A stretch of 64,000 nt of DNA from Pseudomonadales bacterium (GTDB lineage: Bacteria > Pseudomonadota > Gammaproteobacteria > Pseudomonadales > Azotimanducaceae), in the NCBI GenBank assembly GCA_965116055.1, contig OZ220466.1, positions 689,907-753,906 on the forward strand, written 5' to 3'. Position 1 is the stretch's first letter; every line of letters begins with the position of its first letter. Of the stretch, positions 41,575-52,415 are shown in pieces. The position numbers and the translations under genes were made by a program. A model generated the notes under the pieces. The model made no database searches, had not been told where the DNA came from, and saw nothing but the letters and a program-made list of their open reading frames with translations.

Positions 41575-43170
41575 TCAGCCGAACTGACGCTCTTCTTGTT
41601 CCTCAAGATCCTTGCAGTTTATGCATAGATCGGCTGTCGGTCGGGCTTCTAGACGTGCAATTCCGATGGGATAGCTGCAACTTTTGCAGTAACCGTAATC
41701 GCCATTCTCGATTTTTTCCAGTGTTTCCTTGATTTTGCTGATGAGCTTACGCTCGCGATCTCGGATTCGTAATTCAGTACGGCGGTTATCTTCCTCTGTC
41801 GCCTGATCTAGTTCGTCAGGTAAATTCTTAGGTTCGGAGACTAGCTTACCGTGTGCATCGCCCGCACTCTCGTCCAATCCGTTGAGCTGATCCAACAGAA
41901 TCTGCCTAAACCGCGAAAGTTGTTTCGCGTTCATGTAATCGTCTGAGGTGTCAATTTCAATAGGTAGAGCGCGAGATTCGAGTTTTGACATACGATCAAA
42001 TTCGGTTTCACCGGCCTTTCGAGCCTGCCGGGCAGAACTGGCGGAGGCACGTCGGGGGCGTCGTGCCACTATGCTGAGAGGGCCAGATTCGAGCGCGGCC
42101 GATGAATTTTTCGTTGTTTTGGGCTTATTAGCGGCAGTTGCCCTGGACGTTTTTTTGGTTGTTTTCTTTGGGCTTTTTGCCTGAGCGCTCTTAGCTTTCG
42201 CAACCGTTTTACTCAGACGAGCCTGAACAGTTTGCTTCGATTTTGTATTCTGTTTGGCGGCCGTGCGACTTTGTGGCGACTTCGTAGGCGTTCGTTTAGT
42301 AGCTGGTTTTTTTGCCGTGCCGCTTGTTCGTGTCGCTCGTTTTGGCGCTGTCTTTTTCGTTACTTCAGACTTTACAGCCGTTGTTTTTTTAGAAGCCGCT
42401 GCGGTTCGCTTGATTGTTTTCTTTGTGTTAGTCGGTGAGGCTTTTTTAGTCGACGAGGGTCGCCGCGAGGTGGCGGCAGGTTTGGCCGCCGTGGTAGTTT
42501 TTTTAGTTGCGCGAGCGCTTGATTTCACTGTGCGTTTCGTAGTCGATCTAACCGCTTTTTTGGTAGGACTTGAGCTCGCCTTGGTTGCCGCGACGGGTTT
42601 TGATTGAGTGCGCGTTGGTGTCTTTTTCACCTTGGCTCTACTACTTGTCGCTTTAGTTTTTTTCGCAGCAGCGTTTGATGTCTTTGCAGTCGCTCGTGAC
42701 GTGGCAGCGACTTTTTTCGTGCGAGATGTTGTGGCCGAAGTTGTACGGGTTCGGTTTGATGTAGCTGCGGTTGCTTTTCTCGTAACTGTCTTCTTAGCCG
42801 TCGTACTCGTCTTGCGAGCTGGAGTCGATCTTGCCTTTTTGGTGGCCTCGGAACTGCTCTTTTTCGCTGATTTTGCGGCAGTTCGTTTCGTTGTGCTAGC
42901 GGAAGGTTTTTTTGCTACCGTCTTTTTTGTTGTTTTGGTCGCGCGCGACGCGGTAGTGCGGTTATCAGCTCGTGTTGTCGCAGTCGTACGTTTCTTTGTT
43001 GCAGTACTGCTACTGCGCGGCGTCGTTTTACGCGCGGCACTTGATGCTTTGACTTTGGTTGTTGGGCTTGCCGTAGCCGTTGATTTCTTTCGGGTGGATT
43101 CGACTTTCTTGTTCGTCTTCACATTCTTCGTTTGGGTGGATTTTTTCGTAGCCATCTCGACGCTCTCCAC
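41575..43170 (-). CDS. dksA: RNA polymerase-binding factor DksA with ~380-aa basic low-complexity N-terminal extension
   Basis: The last ~120-150 aa are canonical DksA. They include YMNAKQLSRFRQIL, the coiled-coil tip DELDQA (DxxDxA), RDRERKLISKI and the C4 zinc finger CKSC...CINC with RLEARPTADLC. The preceding ~380 aa are almost only K/T/A/S/R. Confidence 0.9.
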   Translation of the reverse strand: MESVEMATKKSTQTKNVKTNKKVESTRKKSTATASPTTKVKASSAARKTTPRSSSTATKKRTTATTRADNRTTASRATKTTKKTVAKKPSASTTKRTAAKSAKKSSSEATKKARSTPARKTSTTAKKTVTRKATAATSNRTRTTSATTSRTKKVAATSRATAKTSNAAAKKTKATSSRAKVKKTPTRTQSKPVAATKASSSPTKKAVRSTTKRTVKSSARATKKTTTAAKPAATSRRPSSTKKASPTNTKKTIKRTAAASKKTTAVKSEVTKKTAPKRATRTSGTAKKPATKRTPTKSPQSRTAAKQNTKSKQTVQARLSKTVAKAKSAQAKSPKKTTKKTSRATAANKPKTTKNSSAALESGPLSIVARRPRRASASSARQARKAGETEFDRMSKLESRALPIEIDTSDDYMNAKQLSRFRQILLDQLNGLDESAGDAHGKLVSEPKNLPDELDQATEEDNRRTELRIRDRERKLISKIKETLEKIENGDYGYCKSCSYPIGIARLEARPTADLCINCKDLEEQEERQFG

Positions 43171-43305
43171 AATTAAAAGGTGGGAAAGATACTTACTATA
43201 AAAAACAATTGGCGAAGAATTTGTTTAGCCGCGCTGCGCAATCGCGAATTACGACAAAAATGAGGTTCGGCGCAATTGGTAAATAAGGCACAGTGTATTA
43301 CTTCG

Positions 43306-44010
43306 ATGCATTTTGCGTTGCCGCTGAATTCGGCCACGATGTTGCGTCGTTACAAACGTTTCTTAGCGGATGTACGGCTGCCAAACGACGCGCGTATGAC
43401 CTTGCACTGCGCCAACACAGGGGCTATGTTGGGCTGCGTCTTCCCGCAGTTCCCCGTGTTTTATTCCCTTAGCGACAATCCCCAACGTAAATTGCGTGGC
43501 ACTTTAGAGCTAGTGCAGACGCCTGACGATCACCTGGTTTGCGTGAATACAAATCAAGCTAATCGCTTGGTAAAACAAGCGTTAGCCAATCGGGCGATTG
43601 TCGGACTTAGCGGTGAGTCATTTCGAAGTGAGGTGAAGATACCTGATGAATCAGGACGTTTCGATTTCGGCAACGAGAACGTATATGTCGAAGTGAAAAG
43701 CGTAACCTATCTACGGGATGGCGTTGGCGTATTTCCAGACGCAAAAAGCGTACGCGCGACGAAGCACGTGAACGCGCTGCGTCGTTGCGTCGAACGTGGC
43801 AAACGCGGTGTATTGGTATTCTGTGTGCTACATACGGGCATTGAGCAAGTTGCGGTCGCCGCGGATATTGATCCGATTTACGCTGTCGCTGTCAGCAAGG
43901 CGATAGATGCTGGCGTCGAAGTTTTGGCGTTTCGCTGTAACGTTAGCCGAGAGAAGCTTGAGCTCGAGCGGCCGATTGAGTTCCTGCACCCGTCGAATAG
44001 GATCGCATAA
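43306..44010 (+). CDS. sfsA: Sugar fermentation stimulation protein SfsA (DNA-binding, nuclease-fold)
   Basis: LRRYKRFLADV......LHCANTGAM, YVEVKSVT and FPDA.S.RATKH align with E. coli SfsA. The start was chosen at MHFALPL (the ORF is open from 43276). Confidence 0.88.
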   Translation: MHFALPLNSATMLRRYKRFLADVRLPNDARMTLHCANTGAMLGCVFPQFPVFYSLSDNPQRKLRGTLELVQTPDDHLVCVNTNQANRLVKQALANRAIVGLSGESFRSEVKIPDESGRFDFGNENVYVEVKSVTYLRDGVGVFPDAKSVRATKHVNALRRCVERGKRGVLVFCVLHTGIEQVAVAADIDPIYAVAVSKAIDAGVEVLAFRCNVSREKLELERPIEFLHPSNRIA

Positions 44011-44986
44011 CGGCTTCGTACGCTTCAATGGAATGGAGGCGCGCACCGCCGACTTGAATGACACGTGACGCGGCAAAGTTCGCAAATCGTGCGGCATCGT
44101 GTGTGTCTCCATGGGTTATCGCAGCCAAATAGGCCGCAGCAAACATGTCGCCTGCGCCATTCAAGTCAACGGGGTCTACATCAAAAGCATCAACATGCAC
44201 GCGAGCGCCGCCGGTATCAATTGAACAACCATTGGGGCCTAACGTAATGACGACTTCGCGAGCGATATCGTGTAATTCCGTCAACGCGATATCGAGTCGA
44301 TCAGTTTTGCACCATTCCAGGGCCTCCTCTATATTGGCGAAGACTCGTGTAAGTCCATTGCCTATGATCGATTCGAGCTGTGGTCGGAATGCTCTGACGA
44401 TACTGGTGTCCGCTAATGTGAGATTGGTGTCAAGTCCAGCTGCGTCTGCGAGTTCGCGAGCGCGACACGCAGCACGATAGCCCGTCGGCGACGAGGCGAG
44501 GTAGCCCTCAATAAACAGACTTCGTGCGAGTGACAGCGCATCGGCGTCGATTTGCATTGGCAATAACTGCTCCGACACACCGAGAAAGGTGTTCATTGTG
44601 CGCTCGGCGTCAGCCGTGACCAAGACCAGACACTGCCCAGTAACGGCGTCCTGTGCTGGCAATATTTCATTTGTGCCGATGCCAACCTGCTCAAGTTGGG
44701 CGACGAAGAATCGACCAGCCGCATCGGGAGCGACTCGACATGCCAGATACGTTTTCAGGCCAAAGCCGCGCAGCGCATACATCGTGTTGGCAACCGAACC
44801 CCCGCACATGGAGACAGTAGCTTCTCGGTCCAATGCTTTATTCAGATGCAACATGCGTTCTCGATCAACGAGCGTCATGCGTCGCTTCTCAATATGGTGT
44901 TTTATGAGAAAAGCATCCGATACGCGATATTCGACATCCAGTAGCGCATTGCCGACGCCAAATACATCAATGAACGTATGATTCAT
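43943..44986 (-). CDS. PfkB-family carbohydrate/nucleoside kinase (adenosine-kinase-like)
   Basis: [20 protein letters not shown] and the C-terminal [12 protein letters not shown] motif of ribokinase-fold kinases. The 3' end overlaps the convergent sfsA by ~68 nt. Confidence 0.8.
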   Translation of the reverse strand: MNHTFIDVFGVGNALLDVEYRVSDAFLIKHHIEKRRMTLVDRERMLHLNKALDREATVSMCGGSVANTMYALRGFGLKTYLACRVAPDAAGRFFVAQLEQVGIGTNEILPAQDAVTGQCLVLVTADAERTMNTFLGVSEQLLPMQIDADALSLARSLFIEGYLASSPTGYRAACRARELADAAGLDTNLTLADTSIVRAFRPQLESIIGNGLTRVFANIEEALEWCKTDRLDIALTELHDIAREVVITLGPNGCSIDTGGARVHVDAFDVDPVDLNGAGDMFAAAYLAAITHGDTHDAARFANFAASRVIQVGGARLHSIEAYEAVMRSYSTGAGTQSAARAQASLG

Positions 44987-46269
44987 GCGAGCTTGGCGAA
45001 TACTCTATCGGCGGCCGCAATGGTCGCCTCCACGATCGTATCGTCATGGGCTGTGCTTATGAACGCGGATTCGAACGGAGAGGGTGCGAAATAAATGCCC
45101 TCCGCAAGCATGCCGTGAAAGAACTTGCGGTATGTATCGGCATCCGATGTGGCTACGTCAGCATAGCATGAAACTGACGGAGCATCAGTGAAAAAGATGC
45201 TAAACATGCCAGTAACACGATTGATCAAGACATTGAGACGGTGATCGCGAGCGATTTGATTAAGCCCAGCGACCAGACGCTCGGTTTGCTCTTGGAGCAT
45301 CTTATATTGGTCTGGGCCAAGCGAAGTAAGTAATGCATAACCCGACTGCATCGCCATAGGGTTCCCGGATAGCGTACCCGATTGATAGATGGGACCTACG
45401 GGGGCTAGTTGATCCATGAGATGTGAGCGTCCACCTAGTGCGCCAACCGGTAAACCACCACCAATTACCTTGCCTAACGTTGTTAAGTCTGGCATCACAT
45501 CGTAAAGTGCTTGCGCGCCGCCTTGCGCGACGCGAAAACCGGTCATGACCTCGTCGAAGATCAGCAAAGCCTCATGACGAGTCGTCAAGTCACGTAGTAG
45601 AGGCAGGAAGCCGGGTTGCGGCGGGATGCATCCCATGTTGCCAGCAACAGGTTCGACAATCACGGCGGCAATGTCTTCGCCGAATCGGTCGAACACTTCA
45701 GTAACCGCTTCGCAGTCGTTGTACGGTATCGTTAAAGTATGCTGCGCGAGATCGGCTGGAACTCCAGGTGAATCGGGTAAACCGAGTGTCAACACACCAG
45801 ACCCGGCTTTGACGAGCAACGAATCTCCGTGACCATGAAAGCCACCCTCGAACTTGATAATTCTGGCGCGCTCGGTAATGCCTCGCGCCAAACGAATCGC
45901 AGACATGGTTGCTTCGGTGCCGGAATTGACCATGCGTACTTTTTCTATTGATGGCACGCGTTCGCAAATGAGTTCGGCCATGTGCACTTCGATCTCGGTT
46001 GGCGCCCCGAAACTCATAGCGAGCTGCGCTTGGTTCGTAACGGCATCTACCACAGGTTGAAAACCGAATCCTTGCAACATGGGACCCCATGAAGCCACGT
46101 AATCAATAAAGCGATTGCCGTCCACATCAACGGTAAAAGCTCCGTTGGCTTCCTGAAAGAATAGTGGCGTCCCGCCAACACCGCGGAATGCGCGGACGGG
46201 GGAATTTACACCGCCCGGGATAACGACGCAAGCGCGCTTGAACAAGGCTTCAGATGTCGATCGGTTCAT
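44983..46269 (-). CDS. hemL: Glutamate-1-semialdehyde 2,1-aminomutase
   Basis: [31 protein letters not shown] and the PLP-lysine context [10 protein letters not shown]. Confidence 0.95.
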   Translation of the reverse strand: MNRSTSEALFKRACVVIPGGVNSPVRAFRGVGGTPLFFQEANGAFTVDVDGNRFIDYVASWGPMLQGFGFQPVVDAVTNQAQLAMSFGAPTEIEVHMAELICERVPSIEKVRMVNSGTEATMSAIRLARGITERARIIKFEGGFHGHGDSLLVKAGSGVLTLGLPDSPGVPADLAQHTLTIPYNDCEAVTEVFDRFGEDIAAVIVEPVAGNMGCIPPQPGFLPLLRDLTTRHEALLIFDEVMTGFRVAQGGAQALYDVMPDLTTLGKVIGGGLPVGALGGRSHLMDQLAPVGPIYQSGTLSGNPMAMQSGYALLTSLGPDQYKMLQEQTERLVAGLNQIARDHRLNVLINRVTGMFSIFFTDAPSVSCYADVATSDADTYRKFFHGMLAEGIYFAPSPFESAFISTAHDDTIVEATIAAADRVFAKLA

Positions 46270-46295
46270 GTGGGTTTTAATCTAAAGTAAGCACG

Positions 46296-46724
46296 CTAAA
46301 TGGTCGGTTTGAAAACGGCTAGAAAGACGATCACGACCAGCATCGCGAGAGGTAATTCATTGAAAATTCGATAGAACTTTTGACTTCGGCGATTCTTATT
46401 TTCGCGGAATGCGCGAATCATGCCGCCGCACATGCCGTGGTAGGCGAATAACGCGAGTACACAAAGCAATTTAACCCAGAACCAAAGCGTATGCTGGTAT
46501 GCGCTCCAATTAAGCACCGCAAGCCATATACCGAAAAGCAGAGTTAGTAATGCGGCCGGTGTCATGATCGCGCGATAGAGGCGTCGTTCCATCGTCGCGA
46601 GCATGTTTTCAGTTGCTGAATTCGGTGCTTCGCAGTGATAGACGAACAATCGCGGGAGATAGAACATTGCCGCGAACCATGCCACCATCGCGATCAGATG
46701 CAACGACTTCAGCGTGAGAAACAA
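46296..46724 (-). CDS. hemJ: HemJ-type protoporphyrinogen IX oxidase (UPF0093 membrane protein)
   Basis: 142 aa, 4 TM helices. N-terminal LKSLHLIAMVAWFAAMFYLPRLFVYH matches the HemJ family. Adjacent to hemL. Confidence 0.7.
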   Translation of the reverse strand: MFLTLKSLHLIAMVAWFAAMFYLPRLFVYHCEAPNSATENMLATMERRLYRAIMTPAALLTLLFGIWLAVLNWSAYQHTLWFWVKLLCVLALFAYHGMCGGMIRAFRENKNRRSQKFYRIFNELPLAMLVVIVFLAVFKPTI

Positions 46725-46733
46725 GCGACGGTC

Positions 46734-48053
46734 CTAGATCGGTTCGTTGCGGGATCGAAGGCTTATGCCTTGCGCGGCCAGGCGGGCTTCGAAGATCGAT
46801 TGATCACTCCAAAATTTTATTTTGCATTCGTGTGCGAGCAAGATTGGTAAAGCGACTTGCAGCGCCAACCACAGGTTCATCGTAAGTTCTAGAAACAATA
46901 CGGTTGCTGCGAATGGTGTATTGAATACAGTACCTAGCATCGTGGTAGCGCCCAGGAGAGCGTATACACCGACTGGTGCAGAGATAAGCTCGGGCACCGT
47001 TAAACTAAGTGTGGTATAGCATAGTGCGCCGAACGCCGCACCGGTAACTAGTGTGGGTCCAATGACACCCAACGGAACTCCGAAAGCCACGGAAGTAGAA
47101 GTAAGTAGGAGCTTGATAGTAACGAATAAAAGCAAGTAGCCGAGCCCGACTGAGGCATCCGATCGTAGAAGCCCCTCGAACGTGTCGTAACCTAACCCGA
47201 GCGCGTCAGGAAAAACCATGGCAAGTCCGGCTGTCATCATCGTGATAGTCAGGAGCCTGGCAAAGAATGGCCCCCTGACGCGCGTGAAGTAGACGACCAA
47301 ACGCATATTTGCTACACCGACGAACAAAACCGGAATAGCCAGGGCGGTGACAATGAGCCACTCGTCAATAGCTAGCGTGTTGTACACCCGATCACCCATT
47401 GTGAGTTGATCGATACCAAGCCAGATGGCTAAAACATTTCCCAGTACCGCCGCAACGATCAAGATTGGAAAGTTCCTCGCCGCCATGGGTCCGTTCTTGG
47501 TGATGGTAGATACGAATATCACAGCGGCGAATGGCGTATGAAATCCTGCCGCCATGGCGGCAGTCATGCCGACGCGAATCATCAGATCAGCTTCAGCTCG
47601 GTTTAGTTGTAAACGTGATTGAATCGTGGACCCTAGCCAAGCACCGATGTGCAATCCCGGGCCGTCCCGCCCTCCTGAAAATCCAGCCCCCAATGCAGTG
47701 ATTGCGCTTATAAACTGCATGAAGGCATTGCGCCATGGCAAGTCGCCGTCGTGGTTGGCCATTCGATTTAATGTGTGGGGAATGCCAACATCGCGTCCAT
47801 CAACATGAAATATCTGTGCATATGCCGTCAGCAACAGGAACCCGACCAATGGAAGTAGAGATCGGTGCCATAGTGGGGCGTCCTCAAAACGGTCGATACG
47901 AATTCCCACTGCAAGCGATAGTAACTGGATGCTATGAAATAGCATGCCGACCGCTAGGGTCACGACAATCGCGATGATTGTGGTCAGCCCTAAGAGTCGA
48001 AGGTATGATCTGACATCGAACGACGGCTGCAACGCGGTAACTCGTTTGCTCAC
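46734..48053 (-). CDS. ClC-family chloride channel/transporter homologue (divergent selectivity motifs)
   Basis: 439 aa polytopic protein. ClC-like motif order: DVGIP (for GSGIP), [16 protein letters not shown] (for GREGP..IG), [16 protein letters not shown] and [18 protein letters not shown] (for GxFxP). Confidence 0.72.
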   Translation of the reverse strand: MSKRVTALQPSFDVRSYLRLLGLTTIIAIVVTLAVGMLFHSIQLLSLAVGIRIDRFEDAPLWHRSLLPLVGFLLLTAYAQIFHVDGRDVGIPHTLNRMANHDGDLPWRNAFMQFISAITALGAGFSGGRDGPGLHIGAWLGSTIQSRLQLNRAEADLMIRVGMTAAMAAGFHTPFAAVIFVSTITKNGPMAARNFPILIVAAVLGNVLAIWLGIDQLTMGDRVYNTLAIDEWLIVTALAIPVLFVGVANMRLVVYFTRVRGPFFARLLTITMMTAGLAMVFPDALGLGYDTFEGLLRSDASVGLGYLLLFVTIKLLLTSTSVAFGVPLGVIGPTLVTGAAFGALCYTTLSLTVPELISAPVGVYALLGATTMLGTVFNTPFAATVLFLELTMNLWLALQVALPILLAHECKIKFWSDQSIFEARLAAQGISLRSRNEPI

Positions 48054-48082
48054 GTCAGTCGTTAAAATTCAAGACGAACGCC

Positions 48083-48415
48083 ATGACTACCGATATTCAA
48101 TTTTCTGAGCGCGCCGCTCGCAAAGTGCATGACTTAATCGTCGAAGAAGGCGACCCAGACTTGAAGTTGCGCGTTTTCATAACAGGTGGCGGATGTAATG
48201 GATTTTCGTACGGCTTTACGTTCGATGATGCAATGGCTGAAGACGATGCCGTCGTTGAGCAGGGCGGTGTGTTGATGGTTGTTGATGCAATGAGTTACCC
48301 ATATCTGGCTGGTGCGGAGATTGATTACAAAGAGGATCTACTAGGGTCACAGTTCATCGTGAATAACCCCAATGCGTCCTCAACCTGTGGATGCGGCAAT
48401 TCATTCGCCCTATAA
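48083..48415 (+). CDS. erpA: Iron-sulfur cluster insertion protein ErpA (A-type carrier)
   Basis: 110 aa. [23 protein letters not shown] and the C-terminal STCGCGNSF cysteine triad. Confidence 0.92.
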   Translation: MTTDIQFSERAARKVHDLIVEEGDPDLKLRVFITGGGCNGFSYGFTFDDAMAEDDAVVEQGGVLMVVDAMSYPYLAGAEIDYKEDLLGSQFIVNNPNASSTCGCGNSFAL

Positions 48416-48430
48416 AGCGTTGAGTTCGCG

Positions 48431-49528
48431 TTATCTTGCGGGATAAAAACAACCTAGTACACGGTGTCCGACAGCCCCCGTTGTATGTGGTTGATTCCCC
48501 GGCAATCTTTTTACAAAGAGCCAAGCTAAGTAAGCAAACGCGCTTGCTTCGAGCGCATCGCCATTGATGCCCAGTTTGTCGGTAGGGAACACTTTGCGCT
48601 GAGGGCTTAGTGCCTGCAGTCGTTTTAATAGCACGATGTTGTGCCTTCCGCCCCCGCATACAACGATTTCAGAGCTTTTTGGCGCAGTTCGGTCAATGGC
48701 GTCAATGATCGTGCGTGCAGTCACTTCAAGCAAAGTTGCTTGCACATCTTCGGGCGATACTGGCGCGATAGAGGTGAGGAATTGCTTTAAATAGTTGAGA
48801 TTAAAGTGTTCTTTGCCGGTGCTTTTCGGTGGTGTGCGAGCGAAGTACGGGTCGTTGAGTAAGTTGGCGAGCAAGACTTGATGAACTTTCCCTGAACGAG
48901 CCCATGTACCGCCTTTGTCGTACGGTACGCGTCGACAGTCTTGTGACCATGCATCTAGCAATGCATTGCCGGGGCCTGTGTCGAATCCGCTTTGCAGACC
49001 CTCGTGTGGATGAAGAATCGTCGCGTTAGCGATGCCACCGATGTTCAGAATGACGCGGAATTTAGTTGTATGACCTAAAAGCGCTTCATGGTAACCAGGT
49101 ACGAGAGGTGCCCCCTGCCCGCCCGCGGCGAGGTCGCGACTTCGGAAATCAGTAACCACATCTATACCGCACGTTTCAGCGATAACGCTACCGCTACCGA
49201 TTTGAATGGAGAATGGATGCAACCCATTTGGGTGATGTCGAATCGTCTGACCGTGACTCCCAATGACGCCGATCTCTTGAGGTTCGATGCGTTGCTTGTC
49301 CAAGAAGGCCAGCACAGTCGTCCCAATAAATTTCCCCAATTGCACGTGAGCTTCGCCCATACGTGCAATTTCATTTTGACCCGGTATCGCGAGCGCTATC
49401 AATCGCTCGCGCAGTTCAGACGGAAATGGCGCGGTGAAAAACGCTTTCGGGTGTAAATCGGGCAGGTTGAGCAGTGCGAGATCTAAGCTATCAACACTGG
49501 TGCCGGTCATGACACCGACGGACAGCAT
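48431..49528 (-). CDS. anmK: Anhydro-N-acetylmuramic acid kinase
   Basis: N-terminal GVMTGTSVDSLDLAL, NIGGIAN and FDTGPGN. The erpA/anmK/M23/tyrS neighbourhood is as in Pseudomonas. Confidence 0.88.
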   Translation of the reverse strand: MLSVGVMTGTSVDSLDLALLNLPDLHPKAFFTAPFPSELRERLIALAIPGQNEIARMGEAHVQLGKFIGTTVLAFLDKQRIEPQEIGVIGSHGQTIRHHPNGLHPFSIQIGSGSVIAETCGIDVVTDFRSRDLAAGGQGAPLVPGYHEALLGHTTKFRVILNIGGIANATILHPHEGLQSGFDTGPGNALLDAWSQDCRRVPYDKGGTWARSGKVHQVLLANLLNDPYFARTPPKSTGKEHFNLNYLKQFLTSIAPVSPEDVQATLLEVTARTIIDAIDRTAPKSSEIVVCGGGRHNIVLLKRLQALSPQRKVFPTDKLGINGDALEASAFAYLAWLFVKRLPGNQPHTTGAVGHRVLGCFYPAR

Positions 49529-49547
49529 GTCGCTTCAACCGGTGACG

Positions 49548-50897
49548 CTATTGCGGTACGATGGCAACTGGTTCTACTATTTGCTGTTCGTTGCGGAATC
49601 GATCCATGATTCGAATATAGTTTTGAACGCTTGCTAAAAATCGATCTCTCTGAATTCCTTCAAGGCTTTCGACACTTGGATTCGGAACGCTAAGCGGGTT
49701 AATGTGATGACCGTGCTGAATGACTTCGTAATGCAGATGCGGGCCAGTGCTGAGGCCGGTGGATCCCACATAACCAATGGTGTGCCCTCGGGTGATGCGT
49801 GAACCGCGTGCGATGCCACGTGCGAAACCACTTAGATGAAGATAGCGCGTCTCGAAGCCGTTCGCATGCTGGATTGCGAGAAAATTACCGGCTGCAGGAT
49901 CGTTCCGTTTCACATACGTAACTACGCCATCGGCAGTTGAGCGTACGGGAGTTCCGCGGGGCGCAGCATAGTCCACGCCTCTATGTGCACGGGTATAACC
50001 TAGAATCGGATGTTTGCGCGCATTCGAGAAATTCGAGGAAATGCGCTTATAGCGCAACGGTGCCTGAAGGAACTGTTTCTGAATCGCTGCACCATCCGCT
50101 TCGTAGTGCAGACCATCGGAGTGCAGATAGGCTTCATACAGTTTCCCACGACTGGTGAATCGTAATGCAAAGATATCGCCGTCTTGTACGTGAACCTGGT
50201 TAACGTAGACCTGTTCGTAATAGATCTCGAATTCATCGTTGGGACGAATATTGCGCCAGAAATCAATGTCATATTCGAGAATTTGCGTCGCGCGGAGAAC
50301 GGTTGATTCCATAAGTCCGCTACTACGCTTGGCTGCGCTAATCGGTGATTCGCCAGCTCGAATGATGACATGGGCGACCGCCTTAACGTATTCTCGTTCA
50401 GCATACGTTGCAGTGACGTCAATGTGATCATTGTGAAAACTGAATTGACGCGTCTGTCCATGTGCGAGCGTCTGGCTGACTGACAGCAATTGTCGATCTT
50501 GGTTTAATCGTAGGACGAGTGTTGAACCCGGTTGCAGTTGATGCAGTTCGCGGCATGGTCCACCACACGTGACGATACGATTGATATCTTGCGTTGCAAC
50601 CCCTGACTTTGTAAGAAGCCCCCCTAATGTATCGCCGTATTCGATAGTCATCGACACTAATACAGGCGCCAGCGGGTGGTCGTAGAGAATTGCCGGCAGC
50701 TCGGGTTGAACTTGCACAAGTGGCGCGGCTATTGGCTCGTGCAATGCAACGGATGTGGGAAATGAAAGATACGCTTGCGCCGATAGATAGACGACGCTTG
50801 CAATGAACGCACTGCATAGGGCACGTACGGGGAATTTAAACCGTTTTTTAGGACGGCCGAATCTCGAACTAGCCGTTCCAACGTTGTCTCGTTTCAC
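49548..50897 (-). CDS. M23-family murein DD-endopeptidase (MepM/YebA-like)
   Basis: N-terminal signal/TM segment. C-terminal HRGVDYAAPRGTPV...GNFLAIQHANGFETRYLHLS...GSTGLSTGPHLHYEV (HxxxD and HxH zinc motifs). Confidence 0.88.
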   Translation of the reverse strand: MKRDNVGTASSRFGRPKKRFKFPVRALCSAFIASVVYLSAQAYLSFPTSVALHEPIAAPLVQVQPELPAILYDHPLAPVLVSMTIEYGDTLGGLLTKSGVATQDINRIVTCGGPCRELHQLQPGSTLVLRLNQDRQLLSVSQTLAHGQTRQFSFHNDHIDVTATYAEREYVKAVAHVIIRAGESPISAAKRSSGLMESTVLRATQILEYDIDFWRNIRPNDEFEIYYEQVYVNQVHVQDGDIFALRFTSRGKLYEAYLHSDGLHYEADGAAIQKQFLQAPLRYKRISSNFSNARKHPILGYTRAHRGVDYAAPRGTPVRSTADGVVTYVKRNDPAAGNFLAIQHANGFETRYLHLSGFARGIARGSRITRGHTIGYVGSTGLSTGPHLHYEVIQHGHHINPLSVPNPSVESLEGIQRDRFLASVQNYIRIMDRFRNEQQIVEPVAIVPQ

Positions 50898-51130
50898 GCG
50901 ATATGCACTCCTTGCGTCATCGCCGGCCCACTTCCGTGTGGGTCTCGAAATGAATGCGACACTGCACTTATTAGCTGTCGTTGCTTAAAAATGCGTCCGA
51001 CCGCGGGACTTAATCTGCATTGATGAACCGCTTGTCGCGAAATGTGTCTGTTCAATTTGGTGAACGAATTAGTATATTGGAAACAAGCGTCTGAACCGCA
51101 TCAAATCTGACGCGCATAGGATCACTAACC

Positions 51131-52411
51131 ATGATGGACATTCTCAGCGATCTCAATACACGCGGATTGCTGGTGCAAAGATCGCATGAACAGGCATTTG
51201 ACGACCATCTTGTTAGTCAGTCCAGGACAGTATATTGCGGGTTTGACCCGACGGCCCCTAGCCTTCATGTAGGCAATCTGGTTCCGCTGCTCGCGCTGGG
51301 ACGCTTCCAACGAGCTGGTCACAAGCCGATCATTCTAGTTGGCGGTGCGACAGGACTTATTGGCGACCCGTCGGGAAGGGACGAGGAACGCCAATTACAT
51401 CCGACCGACGTTGTGGAAGCGTGGGTTGAGCGACTTGCGGAACAAGCTAATCGATTTGTTAGTTTCGAGGGATCGAACAGCGCGCGAGTTGTCAACAATT
51501 ACGACTGGGCTAGTCGTATGAATTTGATCGAGTTTCTACGGGATATCGGCAAGCACTTTTCGGTGAATGCATTGATTCAGCGAGAGGCGGTAAAAAGTCG
51601 GCTTGTACGTGAAGGGCACGGCATATCGTATACCGAATTCAGTTACGCGTTGGTGCAAGCGCTTGATTTTCTGCAGCTGTATCGCGAATACGACTGCACC
51701 ATTCAATTAGGCGGTCAAGACCAGTGGGGCAATATCGTGAGCGGCGTGGATCTGATCCGCCGGGTAGTGGGCGGCTCGGCGTTTGCATTGACTTTTCCAC
51801 TGGTAACGCGAAGCGATGGTAGAAAGTTTGGCAAGAGCACAGGCGATGCGGTTTGGCTTGATCCGAAACTCACCTCTCCTTATTCGTTTTACCAATTTTG
51901 GATGAATGCCGACGATGTGGATGTGCCTCGTTTCTTAAACTACTTTACGTACGATTCTGCTGATGACATCAAGGCAACGGTCAATGCTCATAAGATTGAT
52001 CCTGCACGGCGTGATGGACAGCGCCGATTAGCGACACGGGTGACGGAACTGGTGCATGGGCGAGCGGGTCTGCAATCGGCGGAGCGCATTACGGAAGCGC
52101 TATTCGGCGGTGATATTGGTCGGTTGAATGCGGCGGATCTGGAGCAGCTTTATTTAGACGGCATCACCAGCGCGCCGGTTCGCAAGGGTGACTTCCTAGT
52201 GGACGGCATAGTGGCATTAGGTATGGCGCCGTCGAAAAGTCGGGCGCGGAAGTTGCTACAAGCTTCCGCGGTCGTTTTAAATGGCGCGAAAGTAGAGAGT
52301 CCCGATGCCACGTTGACGCGCGCGAACGCGTTATTTGAAACCTACCACTTGGTACGTCGAGGTAGAAAAACCTGGGGTTTGTTGAAGCATCAAGATGCGG
52401 TTGAAAAATAA
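51131..52411 (+). CDS. tyrS: Tyrosine-tRNA ligase (type 2, TyrZ-like)
   Basis: HIGH variant SLHVGNL, KMSKS variant KFGKS and a C-terminal S4-like domain. Confidence 0.92.
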   Translation: MMDILSDLNTRGLLVQRSHEQAFDDHLVSQSRTVYCGFDPTAPSLHVGNLVPLLALGRFQRAGHKPIILVGGATGLIGDPSGRDEERQLHPTDVVEAWVERLAEQANRFVSFEGSNSARVVNNYDWASRMNLIEFLRDIGKHFSVNALIQREAVKSRLVREGHGISYTEFSYALVQALDFLQLYREYDCTIQLGGQDQWGNIVSGVDLIRRVVGGSAFALTFPLVTRSDGRKFGKSTGDAVWLDPKLTSPYSFYQFWMNADDVDVPRFLNYFTYDSADDIKATVNAHKIDPARRDGQRRLATRVTELVHGRAGLQSAERITEALFGGDIGRLNAADLEQLYLDGITSAPVRKGDFLVDGIVALGMAPSKSRARKLLQASAVVLNGAKVESPDATLTRANALFETYHLVRRGRKTWGLLKHQDAVEK

Positions 52412-52415
52412 ACGG

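Noticed and set aside
42028-43170. Possible DNA minisatellite / tandem repeat underlying the DksA extension
   Set aside because: The region is compositionally biased, but I could not find an exact or periodic nucleotide repeat unit. It is low-complexity coding sequence, not a tandem repeat array.
42254-43201. Two + strand ORFs (117 and 197 aa, F/V/A-rich) opposite the dksA extension
   Set aside because: They are the antisense translation of the K/T/A/S-rich low-complexity coding region (AAA/ACN/GCN codons read as TTT/NGT/NGC). The minus-strand frame runs continuously into a canonical DksA core.
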